Positions 54,590 through 64,000 of a DNA stretch of 64,000 nt are shown here, piece after piece. Location of the stretch: assembly GCA_963756865.1 (NCBI GenBank), contig CAVWPQ010000020.1:185898-249897 (forward strand). Reading direction: 5' to 3'. The notes under the pieces were generated by a model. That model ran no database searches. It worked only from the letters and a program-made list of their open reading frames with translations, and was not told where the DNA came from. Within the stretch, counting starts at the first letter, position 1, and each line of letters opens with the position of its first letter. The position numbers were made by a program, and so were the translations under genes. The stretch comes from an uncultured Actinomycetota bacterium. GTDB taxonomy: Bacteria; Actinomycetota; Actinomycetes; Mycobacteriales; Mycobacteriaceae.

Positions 54590-55247
54590 GCCCTGCTCAC
54601 GAAGCGGCCCGACAGGTCACCGGTGAAGCGCCGCGACGGCGAGATCGCCGACATGGCGCGCATGATCTTCGTACCCACTCCCGGTATCACGTTGACGCGC
54701 CCCGCCCGCATCGCGGCGTACCCCGCTTTGGCCACCGGCTCGGCATCCATGAAGTACCGGTCCAGCCGCGACGTGTCACCGAGCCCGGCCGTGCTCATGA
54801 ACTCGGTGCGGGTCGGGCCGGGCGCCAGATGGGTGCACGTGACCCCGGTACCGCGCAGGTCGTGGGCCACGCATTCGGAGAAGCTCCTGACGTAGGCCTT
54901 GCTTGCGGCGTATCCGGCCTCCAGCCCGTGCGGGATGACGTACCCCGCGATCGAGCCGACGTTCAGGATCGCGCCGCGGCCCGCCTTGGCCATCCGCCCG
55001 GCGTAGCGCAGCGTCAGGTCTGTCGTGGTGACCACATTCAGCTGAACCATGCGCGACACCGCGTCGGGATCGGAGTCCTGAACCGTGAGGCCGAGGATGC
55101 CGACACCCGCGTTGTTCACCAGGTACGCGACGTCCACACCGAGTTCGTCGACGCGGGAAACGAGGTCGGCACCCGCGCAGCGAAAAGCCTTGCCAGTTCA
55201 CGGCCTATGCCGGTGGACGCGCCGGTGATGAGGGCTGCGGGCACCAC
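54586..55247 (-). pseudogene. SDR oxidoreductase with a deletion and frameshift after the Rossmann motif
   Basis: ALITGASTGIG at about 55240 lies only about 25 codons from LVNNAG; YAASK and PGPTRTEF intact. Confidence 0.75.
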
Positions 55248-55253
55248 GTTCTC

Positions 55254-55790
55254 CTATCGTTCGCTCAGCAGGAACAGTGTCCATGCCGCCAGCGACTGGG
55301 CGTCGGTGATTTCACCGTCCCGCATCATTGCCTCGACGTCGGCGCGGCTGAACCATTCGCTGTGCATGTCCTGTTCGGTGTGTTCGCGATCGTGCTCGCC
55401 CTCGGTGACGCCGGTGGCGACGAACACCCGGCCGCGCTGGCTGCTCATCCCGGCGGCGACGTCGAGCAGGCCGATGGGGACCATCGATTCGGCACGCAGC
55501 CCGGTCTCCTCGCGCAGTTCGCGGTGGGCGAGCGCGGTGGCGTCGACATCGGCCCGTCCCGGCGCCGTACCTTGCGGGAACTCCCAGCGACGCAGGCCGA
55601 GCGGATAGCGGAACTGCTCGACGAGCCGGAACCGGTCGCCGTCGGACGCGATGATCAGCGCATAGGCCGGTTTGTCGACGACGCCGTAGATGCCGTCCGA
55701 CCCGTCGGGTCGACGGACCCGGTCCTCGCGCACGGTCATCCAGTCGTTGCGGTACACCTCGCGAGAATCGAGGCGCCGGATCTCATCCAC
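55254..55790 (-). CDS. Nudix hydrolase (ADP-ribose pyrophosphatase-like)
   Basis: LVEQFRYP, WEFPQG, AHRELREETG. Confidence 0.88.
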   Translation of the reverse strand: MDEIRRLDSREVYRNDWMTVREDRVRRPDGSDGIYGVVDKPAYALIIASDGDRFRLVEQFRYPLGLRRWEFPQGTAPGRADVDATALAHRELREETGLRAESMVPIGLLDVAAGMSSQRGRVFVATGVTEGEHDREHTEQDMHSEWFSRADVEAMMRDGEITDAQSLAAWTLFLLSER

Positions 55791-55830
55791 GCGCCAAGTA
55801 TGCCGAGCGGGTGCGGGTAACCTCGCTGGC

Positions 55831-57231
55831 GTGCTGCTGACCTCGCTGAACCCTGCGGCCGTCGCGGGTGGTGCCGACATCGGCGACGCAGTGCGCATCG
55901 ACGGTGCCGCGCTGAGCCGCAGCGACCTCGTCGGCGCCGCGACTTCGGTCGCCGAGCGGGTCGGCGGTGCGCAGCGGGTCGCGGTGCTCGCCAGGCCGAC
56001 GGCCACCACCGTGCTGGCCGTCACCGGCTGCCTGATCGCAGGCGTACCCGTCGTCCCGGTGCCTGCCGACGTCGGCTCGGCCGAGCGACGACACATCCTG
56101 ACCGACTCCGGTGCGCAGCTGTGGCTGGGGGAGAAGCCCGACGAACCCGAGGGGCTGCCTCACATCCCTGTCCGGTTACATGCGCGGTCGTGGCACCGCT
56201 ACGCCGAACCGCCGCCAGAGGCGGTCGCGCTGATCATGTACACCTCCGGCACGACCGGGCCGCCGAAGGGCGTGCTGGTCAGCAGGCGGGCCATCGCCGC
56301 CGACATCGACGCGCTGGCCGACGCATGGGAGTGGACGGCAGACGACACGCTTGTGCACGGCCTCCCGCTGTTCCACATCCACGGGCTGGTGCTCGGTCTG
56401 CTGGGATCGCTGCGGATCGGAAACCGCTTCGTGCACACCGGAAAACCGACGCCGGCGGGTTACGCCGAGGCTCATGGTTCGCTGTACTTCGGGGTGCCGA
56501 CGGTGTGGTCGCGCGTCGTCGACGACACCGACGCAGCGAGGGCTCTTTCGGCGGCCCGATTGCTGGTTTCGGGCAGCGCCGCGCTTCCGGTGCCGGTGTT
56601 CGACAGGCTCGCCGAACTAACCGGGCACCCACCCGTCGAACGCTACGGCGCCAGCGAAACCCTGATCACCATCAGCACCCGAGCCGCGGGCGAGCGGCGA
56701 CCCGGCTGGGTCGGGCTTCCGCTGAACGGTGTGCAGACCCGCCTTGTCGACGACGACGGCGCGCCATCCCCGCATGACGGCGAAACCATTGGCGCGCTGC
56801 AGGTTAAGACCCCGACGATGTTCGACGGATACCTCAACCTGGCAGAGCCCACCACGAACGCATTCGACTCCGACGGCTGGTACCGCTCCGGCGACGCGGC
56901 CGTCATCGACGGCGACGGTATGCACCGCATCGTCGGACGCGAATCGGTCGACCTGATCAAGACCGGCGGTTATCGCGTCGGCGCGGGCGAGGTCGAGACG
57001 GTGCTTCTCGGACATCCCGGCGTGACGGAGGCGGCGGTGGTCGGTATGCCCGACGACGACCTCGGCCAACGCATCGTCGCGTTCATCGTCGGCGATGCAG
57101 ACCCCGACACGTTGATCAACTATGTCGCCGAACAGCTTTCGGTGCACAAGCGGCCGCGCGAGGTGCGCGTCGTCGTTAGTCTGCCGCGCAATGCGATGGG
57201 CAAGGTGCTGAAGAAGGAGCTCGTGAAATGA
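55831..57231 (+). CDS. Acyl-CoA synthetase (FadD36-like)
   Basis: YTSGTTGPPKG, ERYGASE, SGD, LPRNAMGKV; TAACCT-N7-GTG. Confidence 0.9.
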   Translation: MLLTSLNPAAVAGGADIGDAVRIDGAALSRSDLVGAATSVAERVGGAQRVAVLARPTATTVLAVTGCLIAGVPVVPVPADVGSAERRHILTDSGAQLWLGEKPDEPEGLPHIPVRLHARSWHRYAEPPPEAVALIMYTSGTTGPPKGVLVSRRAIAADIDALADAWEWTADDTLVHGLPLFHIHGLVLGLLGSLRIGNRFVHTGKPTPAGYAEAHGSLYFGVPTVWSRVVDDTDAARALSAARLLVSGSAALPVPVFDRLAELTGHPPVERYGASETLITISTRAAGERRPGWVGLPLNGVQTRLVDDDGAPSPHDGETIGALQVKTPTMFDGYLNLAEPTTNAFDSDGWYRSGDAAVIDGDGMHRIVGRESVDLIKTGGYRVGAGEVETVLLGHPGVTEAAVVGMPDDDLGQRIVAFIVGDADPDTLINYVAEQLSVHKRPREVRVVVSLPRNAMGKVLKKELVK

Positions 57232-57581
57232 CGCTCAATTTTGACGAGATCTGCATCGACGCCCACGACGCCACCGCACTCGGCGCATGGTGGGCTGAGG
57301 TGCTTGGCTGGCCGCACGACGTCGACGACGACGGCGACGTACGGCTGCACCCGCCGCCGGGCCAGGGCCCGCCATGGATCTTCATCGCCGTGTCCGACGA
57401 CAAGGTCGTCAAGAACCGCATCCACCTGGACTTCAAAGGGGAAGACCAGCAGGCCGAGGTCGACCGGGTCATCGGCATGGGGGCCCGGCACGTCGACATC
57501 GGCCAGACCGGAGACGAGTCGTGGGTGGTGTTGGCGGACCCCGAGGGCAACGAGTTCTGCATCTTGGCGCCGAACGACTGA
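57228..57581 (+). CDS. VOC/glyoxalase family protein
   Basis: KNRIHLD, WVVLADPEGNEFC. Confidence 0.9.
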   Translation: MTLNFDEICIDAHDATALGAWWAEVLGWPHDVDDDGDVRLHPPPGQGPPWIFIAVSDDKVVKNRIHLDFKGEDQQAEVDRVIGMGARHVDIGQTGDESWVVLADPEGNEFCILAPND

Positions 57582-57615
57582 CGTCGCACCGCGTGGGCCC
57601 ACACGTAAGTAGGGG

Positions 57616-57680
57616 ACGTGCGCAGATGGACAGACATCTGCGGCGTGTCGAGTGCAAACACGCACGCTCGCGGGGGTGGT
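57616..57680. repeat. REP-like intergenic repeat, copy 2
   Basis: TGCGGCGTGTCGAGTGCAAACACGCACGCTCGCGG, matching copy 1. Confidence 0.65.
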
Positions 57681-57712
57681 ACCCCCTGCTCGCGGAGACC
57701 TAGAGTGAGTCG

Positions 57713-58636
57713 GTGCCGTCATCGCTCACCGACGAACAGCTCAACGAGGTGTTCGACGAGTTCCCCGTGCTGGCCGGGCAGCCGAGGCAACTCGACGAAC
57801 TGTCCGGCGGTCTGACCAACCGGAACGTCAAGATCACCACGCCGGACGGGGTGTACGTGGCGCGCTGTACCGACACCGCCACCAGCATGTTGGGCATCGA
57901 CCGCGAGCGCGAATTCCACAACACCAAGGCCGCCGAGGAGGCCGGTGTCGGCGCGAAGGTGATCGACTACCGGCCCGATCTGGGGATCCTGCTGCTGAGC
58001 TACCTCGAGGGACGGACGCTGGACAACGACGATTTCCAGCGGCCGGAGATCCTGGGCAAGGCGGCCGCCGCAGTCCGCGCCCTGCACGACGGCCCGCGGT
58101 TTCAGGGCCGTTTCGACATGTTCGAGCGCCGGAAGATGTATCTGAAAACCGTGATGGACAACGGGTTCCGATACCCCGACGACTACCTCGACCACACCGA
58201 GGTGTTCGATGAGATCGCTCGGGTGCTGACGGCAACCGACCAGACCACCGTTCCGTGCAACAACGATCTGCTGGCGGGCAACTTCATCGAAGACGGCGAC
58301 AAGATGTGGCTGATCGACTACGAGTACTCCGGCAACAACGATCCCTGTTTCGAACTCGGGAACACCTGGGCCGAATGCCAGATGTCCACCGACCAACTCG
58401 ACGAGTTCGTCACGGCCTACTACGGGCGACGGCTGCGGCACAAGATCGCAAGGGCCCACCTGCAGGGCATCGTCGGCAAATACGGCTGGACACTGTGGGG
58501 CTGCATTCAGAACGGATCCAGCGCAATCGATTTCGACTTCTGGGGATGGGCGATGGAAAGGTACGAGGGCGCGGTGGCCGTGTTCAAGGGTCCGGATCTG
58601 CCCCGATTGCTCGACGACGTGCAGGCAGCCGACTAG
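57713..58636 (+). CDS. Choline/ethanolamine kinase family phosphotransferase
   Basis: LSGGLTNRN, CNNDLLAGN Brenner-type motif, LIDYEYSG.ND..FELGN. Confidence 0.88.
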   Translation: MPSSLTDEQLNEVFDEFPVLAGQPRQLDELSGGLTNRNVKITTPDGVYVARCTDTATSMLGIDREREFHNTKAAEEAGVGAKVIDYRPDLGILLLSYLEGRTLDNDDFQRPEILGKAAAAVRALHDGPRFQGRFDMFERRKMYLKTVMDNGFRYPDDYLDHTEVFDEIARVLTATDQTTVPCNNDLLAGNFIEDGDKMWLIDYEYSGNNDPCFELGNTWAECQMSTDQLDEFVTAYYGRRLRHKIARAHLQGIVGKYGWTLWGCIQNGSSAIDFDFWGWAMERYEGAVAVFKGPDLPRLLDDVQAAD

Positions 58637-61092
58637 TGGCCGCCGAACTCCCCGATCGCGCGCGCGTCGTCATCATCGGCGGCGGCGTGATCGGTACCAG
58701 CGTCGCCTACCACCTGACCAAACTCGGCCTCACCGACGTCGTGTTGATCGAGCAGGGGCAACTGTCCAGCGGTACCACCTGGCACGCAGCCGGACTGGTC
58801 GGCCAACTGCGGGCATCGGAGAGCGCGACCCGGCTGGTGCAGTACTCCACGCAGTTGTACGCCGAACTCGAGGATGAGACCGGACTGTCGGCCGGATACA
58901 AGCAGTGCGGGGGAGTGACGGTCGCGCGCACCGAAGACCGAATGGTCCAGCTTCGGCGCACGGCCGCGAACGCCGCGGCGTTCGACATGGAATGCGAACT
59001 GCTCAGCCCCGAAGAGGCTCTCGAGCACTACCCAGTCATGCGGGTCGACGACCTCGTCGGTGCGATCTGGTTGCCCGCCGACGGCAAAGCCAACCCGACG
59101 GACCTGACGTTCGCTCTCGCCAAGGGCGCACGGATGCGCGGCACCCGCGTCGTCGAAAAGACCAGGGTCACCGGCATTCTCACCAGCGAAGGACGCGTCA
59201 CCGGTGTCCGCACCGACAGGGGCGACGTCGAGGCCGAGATCGTCGTCAACTGCGCAGGACAGTGGGCCAAGCAGGTCGGCGCGATGGCCGGTGTCAATGT
59301 GCCACTGCATTCGGCCGAGCACTTCTACGTCGTGACCGAGGACATCAACGGTGTGCACCCCGACCTGCCGATCCTGCGCGACCCCGACGGCTACACGTAC
59401 TTCAAGGAAGAGGTCGGCGGCCTCGTCATCGGCGGGTTCGAGCCGGAAGCCAAGCCGTGGGTATCGCCCGACGCCATCCCGTATCCGTTCGAATTCCAAC
59501 TACTGGAAGAGGATTGGGATCACTTCGAAATCCTGATGAACAACGCGTTGCTGCGTATCCCCGCGCTCGAGGTGACCGGTATCAAGAAGTTCTACAACGG
59601 CCCCGAGAGCTTCACCCCCGACAATCAGTTCATCCTGGGTGAGGCACCCGAACTCGAGAACTTCTTCGTCGGCGCCGGATTCAACTCGGTGGGCATCGCG
59701 ACCGCGGGTGGTGCCGGCCGGGCGCTCGCCGAGTGGATCGTCAACGGTTCACCCACCAGTGATCTCACCGGTGTCGACGTTCGCCGCTTCGCACCGTTCA
59801 ACGGCAACAACCGCTGGCTGCACGACCGGGTCGCCGAGGTGCTCGGACTGCACTACGAAATCCCATGGCCCAACAGGGAGATGAAGACCGCGCGCCCGTT
59901 CCGCCGCTCGCCGGTACACCACCTGCTGGAAGCCGCCAACGCCAACTTCGGCAGCCGAAACGGCTGGGAGCGGGCCAATTTCTTCGCCCCCGCAGGCGCC
60001 GACCCCGCAATCGAGTACACCTGGGGCAAGCCCAACTGGCTGACATGGTCTGCGGCCGAACAAGCCAACACGCGCACCGCGGTCACCGTGTTCGACCAGA
60101 CCTCGTTCTCCAAGTATCTGATGGTTGGCCCCGACGCGGAGGCGGCGCTGCAATGGCTGTGCACCGCAGACGTCGGCGTCGAAGTCGGCAAGGCCGTCTA
60201 CACCGGAATGCTCAACGAGCGCGGCACTTACGAGTCCGATGTGACGGTCACCCGCACCGGCGCCGACGAATACTTCATCGTCAGCAGCGCGGCCACCACC
60301 GAACGCGACAAGGACCACATCAGAAGAAACCTGCAGGCCGACACCCGCGCCTCGCTTGTCGACGTGACGTCGGCGTATGCGGTTCTCGGTGTGATGGGCC
60401 CGAATTCACGGGCGCTGCTGTCCACCCTGACGTCGGCCGATCTGTCCGACGAGGCGTTCCCGTTCGGCACCAGCCAGCAGATCGCGCTGGGGTATGCGAC
60501 CGTGCGCGCGACCCGGATCACCTACGTCGGCGAATTGGGTTGGGAGCTCTACGTACCCGCCGAGTTCGCGGTCGGCGTGTATGAGGATCTGATGGAGTCG
60601 GGCGAACAGTTCGGGGTCGGGCGCGGCGGCTACTACACGATCGAATCGATGCGGCTGGAGAAGGGCTATCGCGCATTCGGCCGGGAGCTGACGCCCAGCG
60701 AGAACCCTGTCGAGGCCGGGCTGATGTTCGCGTGCAAGCTCAAATCCGATATCGAGTTCCTCGGCCGTGCCGCCGTCGAGAAAGCCAAGGCGGAGGGTAC
60801 CCGCCGCAAACTCGTCGGCTTCAGCGTCGACGCGCCCGACGCCATGCTGTGGGGCGGCGAACTCGTTCTGCGCGACGGTGCCGTCGCCGGCCAGGTCACC
60901 TCGGCGGCGTGGGGCGAAACCGCAGGCGGCTGCGTGGGTTTGGCCTACGTGCGCGCCGCCGACAACTCCGTCATCGACGCGGATTGGGTCAAGGCAGGTA
61001 ATTACCAGGTCAATGTCGGCGGCGAGCTCTATCCCATATCGGTGTCGCTGCGACCGATCTATGATCCAACCAGCACCAAAATAAGACCATGA
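58636..61092 (+). CDS. FAD-dependent GcvT-fusion oxidoreductase (dimethylglycine/sarcosine dehydrogenase-like)
   Basis: [40 protein letters not shown]; GTG overlaps the kinase stop. Confidence 0.9.
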   Translation: MAAELPDRARVVIIGGGVIGTSVAYHLTKLGLTDVVLIEQGQLSSGTTWHAAGLVGQLRASESATRLVQYSTQLYAELEDETGLSAGYKQCGGVTVARTEDRMVQLRRTAANAAAFDMECELLSPEEALEHYPVMRVDDLVGAIWLPADGKANPTDLTFALAKGARMRGTRVVEKTRVTGILTSEGRVTGVRTDRGDVEAEIVVNCAGQWAKQVGAMAGVNVPLHSAEHFYVVTEDINGVHPDLPILRDPDGYTYFKEEVGGLVIGGFEPEAKPWVSPDAIPYPFEFQLLEEDWDHFEILMNNALLRIPALEVTGIKKFYNGPESFTPDNQFILGEAPELENFFVGAGFNSVGIATAGGAGRALAEWIVNGSPTSDLTGVDVRRFAPFNGNNRWLHDRVAEVLGLHYEIPWPNREMKTARPFRRSPVHHLLEAANANFGSRNGWERANFFAPAGADPAIEYTWGKPNWLTWSAAEQANTRTAVTVFDQTSFSKYLMVGPDAEAALQWLCTADVGVEVGKAVYTGMLNERGTYESDVTVTRTGADEYFIVSSAATTERDKDHIRRNLQADTRASLVDVTSAYAVLGVMGPNSRALLSTLTSADLSDEAFPFGTSQQIALGYATVRATRITYVGELGWELYVPAEFAVGVYEDLMESGEQFGVGRGGYYTIESMRLEKGYRAFGRELTPSENPVEAGLMFACKLKSDIEFLGRAAVEKAKAEGTRRKLVGFSVDAPDAMLWGGELVLRDGAVAGQVTSAAWGETAGGCVGLAYVRAADNSVIDADWVKAGNYQVNVGGELYPISVSLRPIYDPTSTKIRP

Positions 61093-61093
61093 C

Positions 61094-62479
61094 ATGGCAC
61101 TGAGCGTCTTCGATCTGTTCAAGATCGGCATCGGACCGTCGAGTTCACACACCGTCGGCCCGATGATCGCCGCCGACAGGTTCGCCCGCGGGCTGGCGCA
61201 GGATGCGACGCTCGACGCGACGCGGCACGTCACCGTCGAACTGTTCGGCTCCCTAGGTGCGACAGGTAAGGGCCACGGCAGCATCCCCGCCGTCGCGCTC
61301 GGCCTGATGGGGGAGAGGCCGGACGCCGTCGACCCCGAGCGCACGCCCGAGCGCATCGCCGCGATCACCGACTCCGGACGACTGTCGCTGCTGGGCGAAC
61401 ACTCGATCGCGTTCAGCCTGGCCGACGACATCATCCTGCACACGACCAAGACGGCGAGATTTCACTCCAACGCGATGGTGTTTCGCGCCGTCGGCGATGA
61501 CGACGCGGTGATGGCCGAGCGTACGTTCTACTCGATCGGTGGCGGTTTCGTCGTCGACGACACACAGGTCTCATCCGACGACGACCCCGTCGTGGTTGCA
61601 GACCCGACGCCCGTGCGCTACCCGTTCCTGACCGGCGACGAGCTGCTGATCCACGCCGCCGAGACCGGGCTGCGCATCAGCGATATCGTGATGGCCAACG
61701 AAATGACCTGGCACACAGAAGATCACGTTCGTACCGGGCTGTTGAAGATCTGGTCGGTGATGCAGGAGTGCATCCAGGCAGGCATCAACACCACGACCGC
61801 TGTGCTGCCGGGGGGTCTCAAGGTGCGTCGGCGCGCCCCGCAGCTGGCTGAAAAGCTCTCGGTTGCAGGGGGTTCGAGCGATCCGCTGATCGCGATGGAC
61901 CGCGTCAACCTGTACGCCATCGCGGTCAACGAAGAGAACGCCGCAGGCGGGCGGGTGGTCACCGCACCGACCAACGGCGCCGCGGGCATCATCCCCGCGG
62001 TGCTGCAGTACTTCCACAACTTCGTCGACGGCGCAGACGACGACTGCACCGTGCGCTTCCTTCTCGTCGCGGCCGCGATCGGCAGCATCATCAAGGAGAA
62101 CGCATCCATCAGTGGCGCCGAAGTGGGCTGCCAGGGAGAAGTCGGGTCGGCGTGCTCGATGGCGGCGGCCGGGCTCACCGAACTGCTCGGCGGGTCACCG
62201 CGGCAGGTGGAGAACGCCGCCGAGATCGGCATCGAACACAACCTTGGCCTGACGTGCGACCCGGTCGGCGGGCTCGTCCAAATACCGTGCATCGAACGCA
62301 ACGCTGTCGGCGCGGTCAAGGCCATCAATGCCGCTCGGATCGCGCTGAGCGGCGACGGAACCCATCAGGTGTCGCTCGACAAGGCCGTCAAGACCATGCG
62401 CGAAACCGGCGCCGATATGAAGGACAAGTACAAGGAGACCGCGCGCGGCGGCCTCGCGCTCAACGTCGTCGAGTGCTGA
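61094..62479 (+). CDS. sdaA: L-serine ammonia-lyase (Fe-S)
   Basis: [40 protein letters not shown]. Confidence 0.96.
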   Translation: MALSVFDLFKIGIGPSSSHTVGPMIAADRFARGLAQDATLDATRHVTVELFGSLGATGKGHGSIPAVALGLMGERPDAVDPERTPERIAAITDSGRLSLLGEHSIAFSLADDIILHTTKTARFHSNAMVFRAVGDDDAVMAERTFYSIGGGFVVDDTQVSSDDDPVVVADPTPVRYPFLTGDELLIHAAETGLRISDIVMANEMTWHTEDHVRTGLLKIWSVMQECIQAGINTTTAVLPGGLKVRRRAPQLAEKLSVAGGSSDPLIAMDRVNLYAIAVNEENAAGGRVVTAPTNGAAGIIPAVLQYFHNFVDGADDDCTVRFLLVAAAIGSIIKENASISGAEVGCQGEVGSACSMAAAGLTELLGGSPRQVENAAEIGIEHNLGLTCDPVGGLVQIPCIERNAVGAVKAINAARIALSGDGTHQVSLDKAVKTMRETGADMKDKYKETARGGLALNVVEC

Positions 62480-63424
62480 TCAGTTGGCGTGCAGCGCTTC
62501 GTTGAGCGTGATGCCCGTGCCGTCGCGCTTGACCACCTCGACGGCCCCGCTCAGCGAATTACGCCGGAAAAGAAGGTTGTCGGCCCCCGACAGTTCGCGC
62601 GCCTTGACCGTCTGACCGTCGGCGGTCTGCACCTTCGTGCCCGCGGTGACGTACAAACCCGCCTCCACCACACAGTCGTCGCCCAGCGAAATGCCGAGAC
62701 CGGAGTTCGCGCCGAGCAGACACCGTTTACCCACCGCAATCACCTCCGTGCCGCCGCCGGACAACGTGCCCATGATCGACGCGCCGCCACCGACGTCGGA
62801 GCCCTCGTCGACCACCACGCCCGCCGAGATGCGGCCCTCCACCATCGAGCTGCCAAGGGTGCCCGCGTTGTAGTTGACGAAGCCCTCGTGCATCACCGTC
62901 GTGCCTGCCGCAAGGTGCGCGCCCAGCCGCACCCTGTCCGCATCGGCGATGCGGACTCCGGTGGGCGTGACGTAGTCGACCATTCGCGGGAACTTGTCGA
63001 TGCCGTACACCGCAACGGCGCCGCGCCGACGCAGCCGCGCCCGCACGGTTTCGAAACCCTCCACCGCGCAAGGCCCGAAGCTGGTCCACACCACGTTGGC
63101 CAGCACGCCGAAGATGCCGTCGACGCTCGCACCGTGCGGCTGTATCAGCCGATGGGAGAGCAGATGCAGCCGCAGGTAGGCGTCGTAGGTGTCGGCGGGC
63201 TTGTCGGCCAGCGAGGAGATGACCGTACGGATCACGACGACATCGACGTCGCGGTCCTCGTCGCGGCCCGCCAGCTCGGCCAGCTCGGGCGGAACCTCGG
63301 CCACCGACAGTCGCACGGTGCCCGATGGCCCGTCGCCGCCCAGCTCGGGAGCCGGGAACCAGGCGTCGAGAACGGTTCCGTCGGCGGCGATCGTCGCCAC
63401 GCCGACGCCAGAAGCTGCAGTCAC
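62480..63424 (-). CDS. dapD: Tetrahydrodipicolinate N-succinyltransferase
   Basis: [38 protein letters not shown]. Confidence 0.96.
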   Translation of the reverse strand: MTAASGVGVATIAADGTVLDAWFPAPELGGDGPSGTVRLSVAEVPPELAELAGRDEDRDVDVVVIRTVISSLADKPADTYDAYLRLHLLSHRLIQPHGASVDGIFGVLANVVWTSFGPCAVEGFETVRARLRRRGAVAVYGIDKFPRMVDYVTPTGVRIADADRVRLGAHLAAGTTVMHEGFVNYNAGTLGSSMVEGRISAGVVVDEGSDVGGGASIMGTLSGGGTEVIAVGKRCLLGANSGLGISLGDDCVVEAGLYVTAGTKVQTADGQTVKARELSGADNLLFRRNSLSGAVEVVKRDGTGITLNEALHAN

Positions 63425-63428
63425 GCTG

Positions 63429-63454
63429 GTTGAGGCTACTCGACTAGCCTCAAC
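63429..63454. promoter_or_regulatory. Palindrome carrying back-to-back TAGCCT -10 boxes for dapD and dapE
   Basis: GTTGAGGCTA-ctcgac-TAGCCTCAAC; each TAGCCT lies 8 nt before a GTG start. Confidence 0.6.
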
Positions 63455-63458
63455 GGGT

Positions 63459-64000
63459 GTGGGCCTGGATTTGCACGGCGACCCGATCGCGCTGACCGCC
63501 GCGCTGGTGGACATCCCCAGCGAGTCGCGGGACGAGGCGCGCATCGCCGACGAGGTCGAGGCCGCACTTGGCGAACAGACCACAGGGTTCGAGATCGTCC
63601 GCACCGGCAACACCGTGCTTGCCCGCACCAACCGCGGCCTTCCGTCGCGGGTGATCCTGGCCGGGCACCTCGACACCGTCCCCATCGCCGACAACGTGCC
63701 GAGCCGGTTGAGCGGCGGCGAACTGCACGGCTGCGGCACGTCGGACATGAAGTCGGGCGACGCGGTGTTCCTGCACCTGGCGGCCACCGTCGACAATCCG
63801 GCCCACGACATCACGCTGGTCATGTACGACTGCGAGGAGATCGAGGCCTCCGCGAACAGTCTGGGCCGGATCGAACGCGAGCTGCCGGAATGGCTGCACG
63901 GCGACGTGGCGATACTCGGTGAACCATCGGGGGGTGTCATCGAGGCGGGCTGTCAGGGCACTCTGCGCGTCGTCGTCAGCGCCGACGGTACTCGCGCGCA
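63459..64000 (+). CDS. dapE: Succinyl-diaminopimelate desuccinylase, 5' part (runs off the window)
   Basis: Translated by hand: [36 protein letters not shown]. Confidence 0.93.
   Translation, partial: MGLDLHGDPIALTAALVDIPSESRDEARIADEVEAALGEQTTGFEIVRTGNTVLARTNRGLPSRVILAGHLDTVPIADNVPSRLSGGELHGCGTSDMKSGDAVFLHLAATVDNPAHDITLVMYDCEEIEASANSLGRIERELPEWLHGDVAILGEPSGGVIEAGCQGTLRVVVSADGTRA

Noticed and set aside
58255-58635. N-terminal extensions of ORF-track calls (945-aa GcvT, 486-aa DapD, 414-aa DapC, 513-aa FadD)
   Set aside because: The extensions overlap neighbouring genes; homology begins at later GTG starts.

Overview
High-GC actinobacterial DNA, almost certainly a rapidly growing mycobacterium (Mycolicibacterium-like). 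The core gene order matches the M. tuberculosis Rv1156-Rv1202 interval: HhH-GPD, Rv1157c/58c-like, pimE, phhB, mutT2, typA, lpqW, mshB, Rv1171-like, fbiC, fadH, PadR, fdxC, dapC, pruC-pruA-pruB, fadD36-like, dapD, dapE. Accessory DNA sits between the core genes. The most striking part is a dispersed, partly decaying family of predicted exported proteins. They share an N-terminal 'RPYxTxGVALVGASVIAxxP...VxLxA' leader and low-complexity C-terminal tails with short amphipathic helices, two with a GG(K/R)HR motif. They have AT-rich upstream regions rich in TTTGC(T/C)(G/A). Also present are a PE-less PGRS protein bracketed by two purU relics, a repeat-like in-frame insertion in fadH, an HNH-like gene lacking its nuclease domain, and a choline kinase-GcvT/FAD oxidoreductase-serine dehydratase operon. 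I saw no rRNA, tRNA, CRISPR array or transposase. Several frameshifts may be sequencing errors. All family assignments come from motif recognition and synteny, not from database searches.
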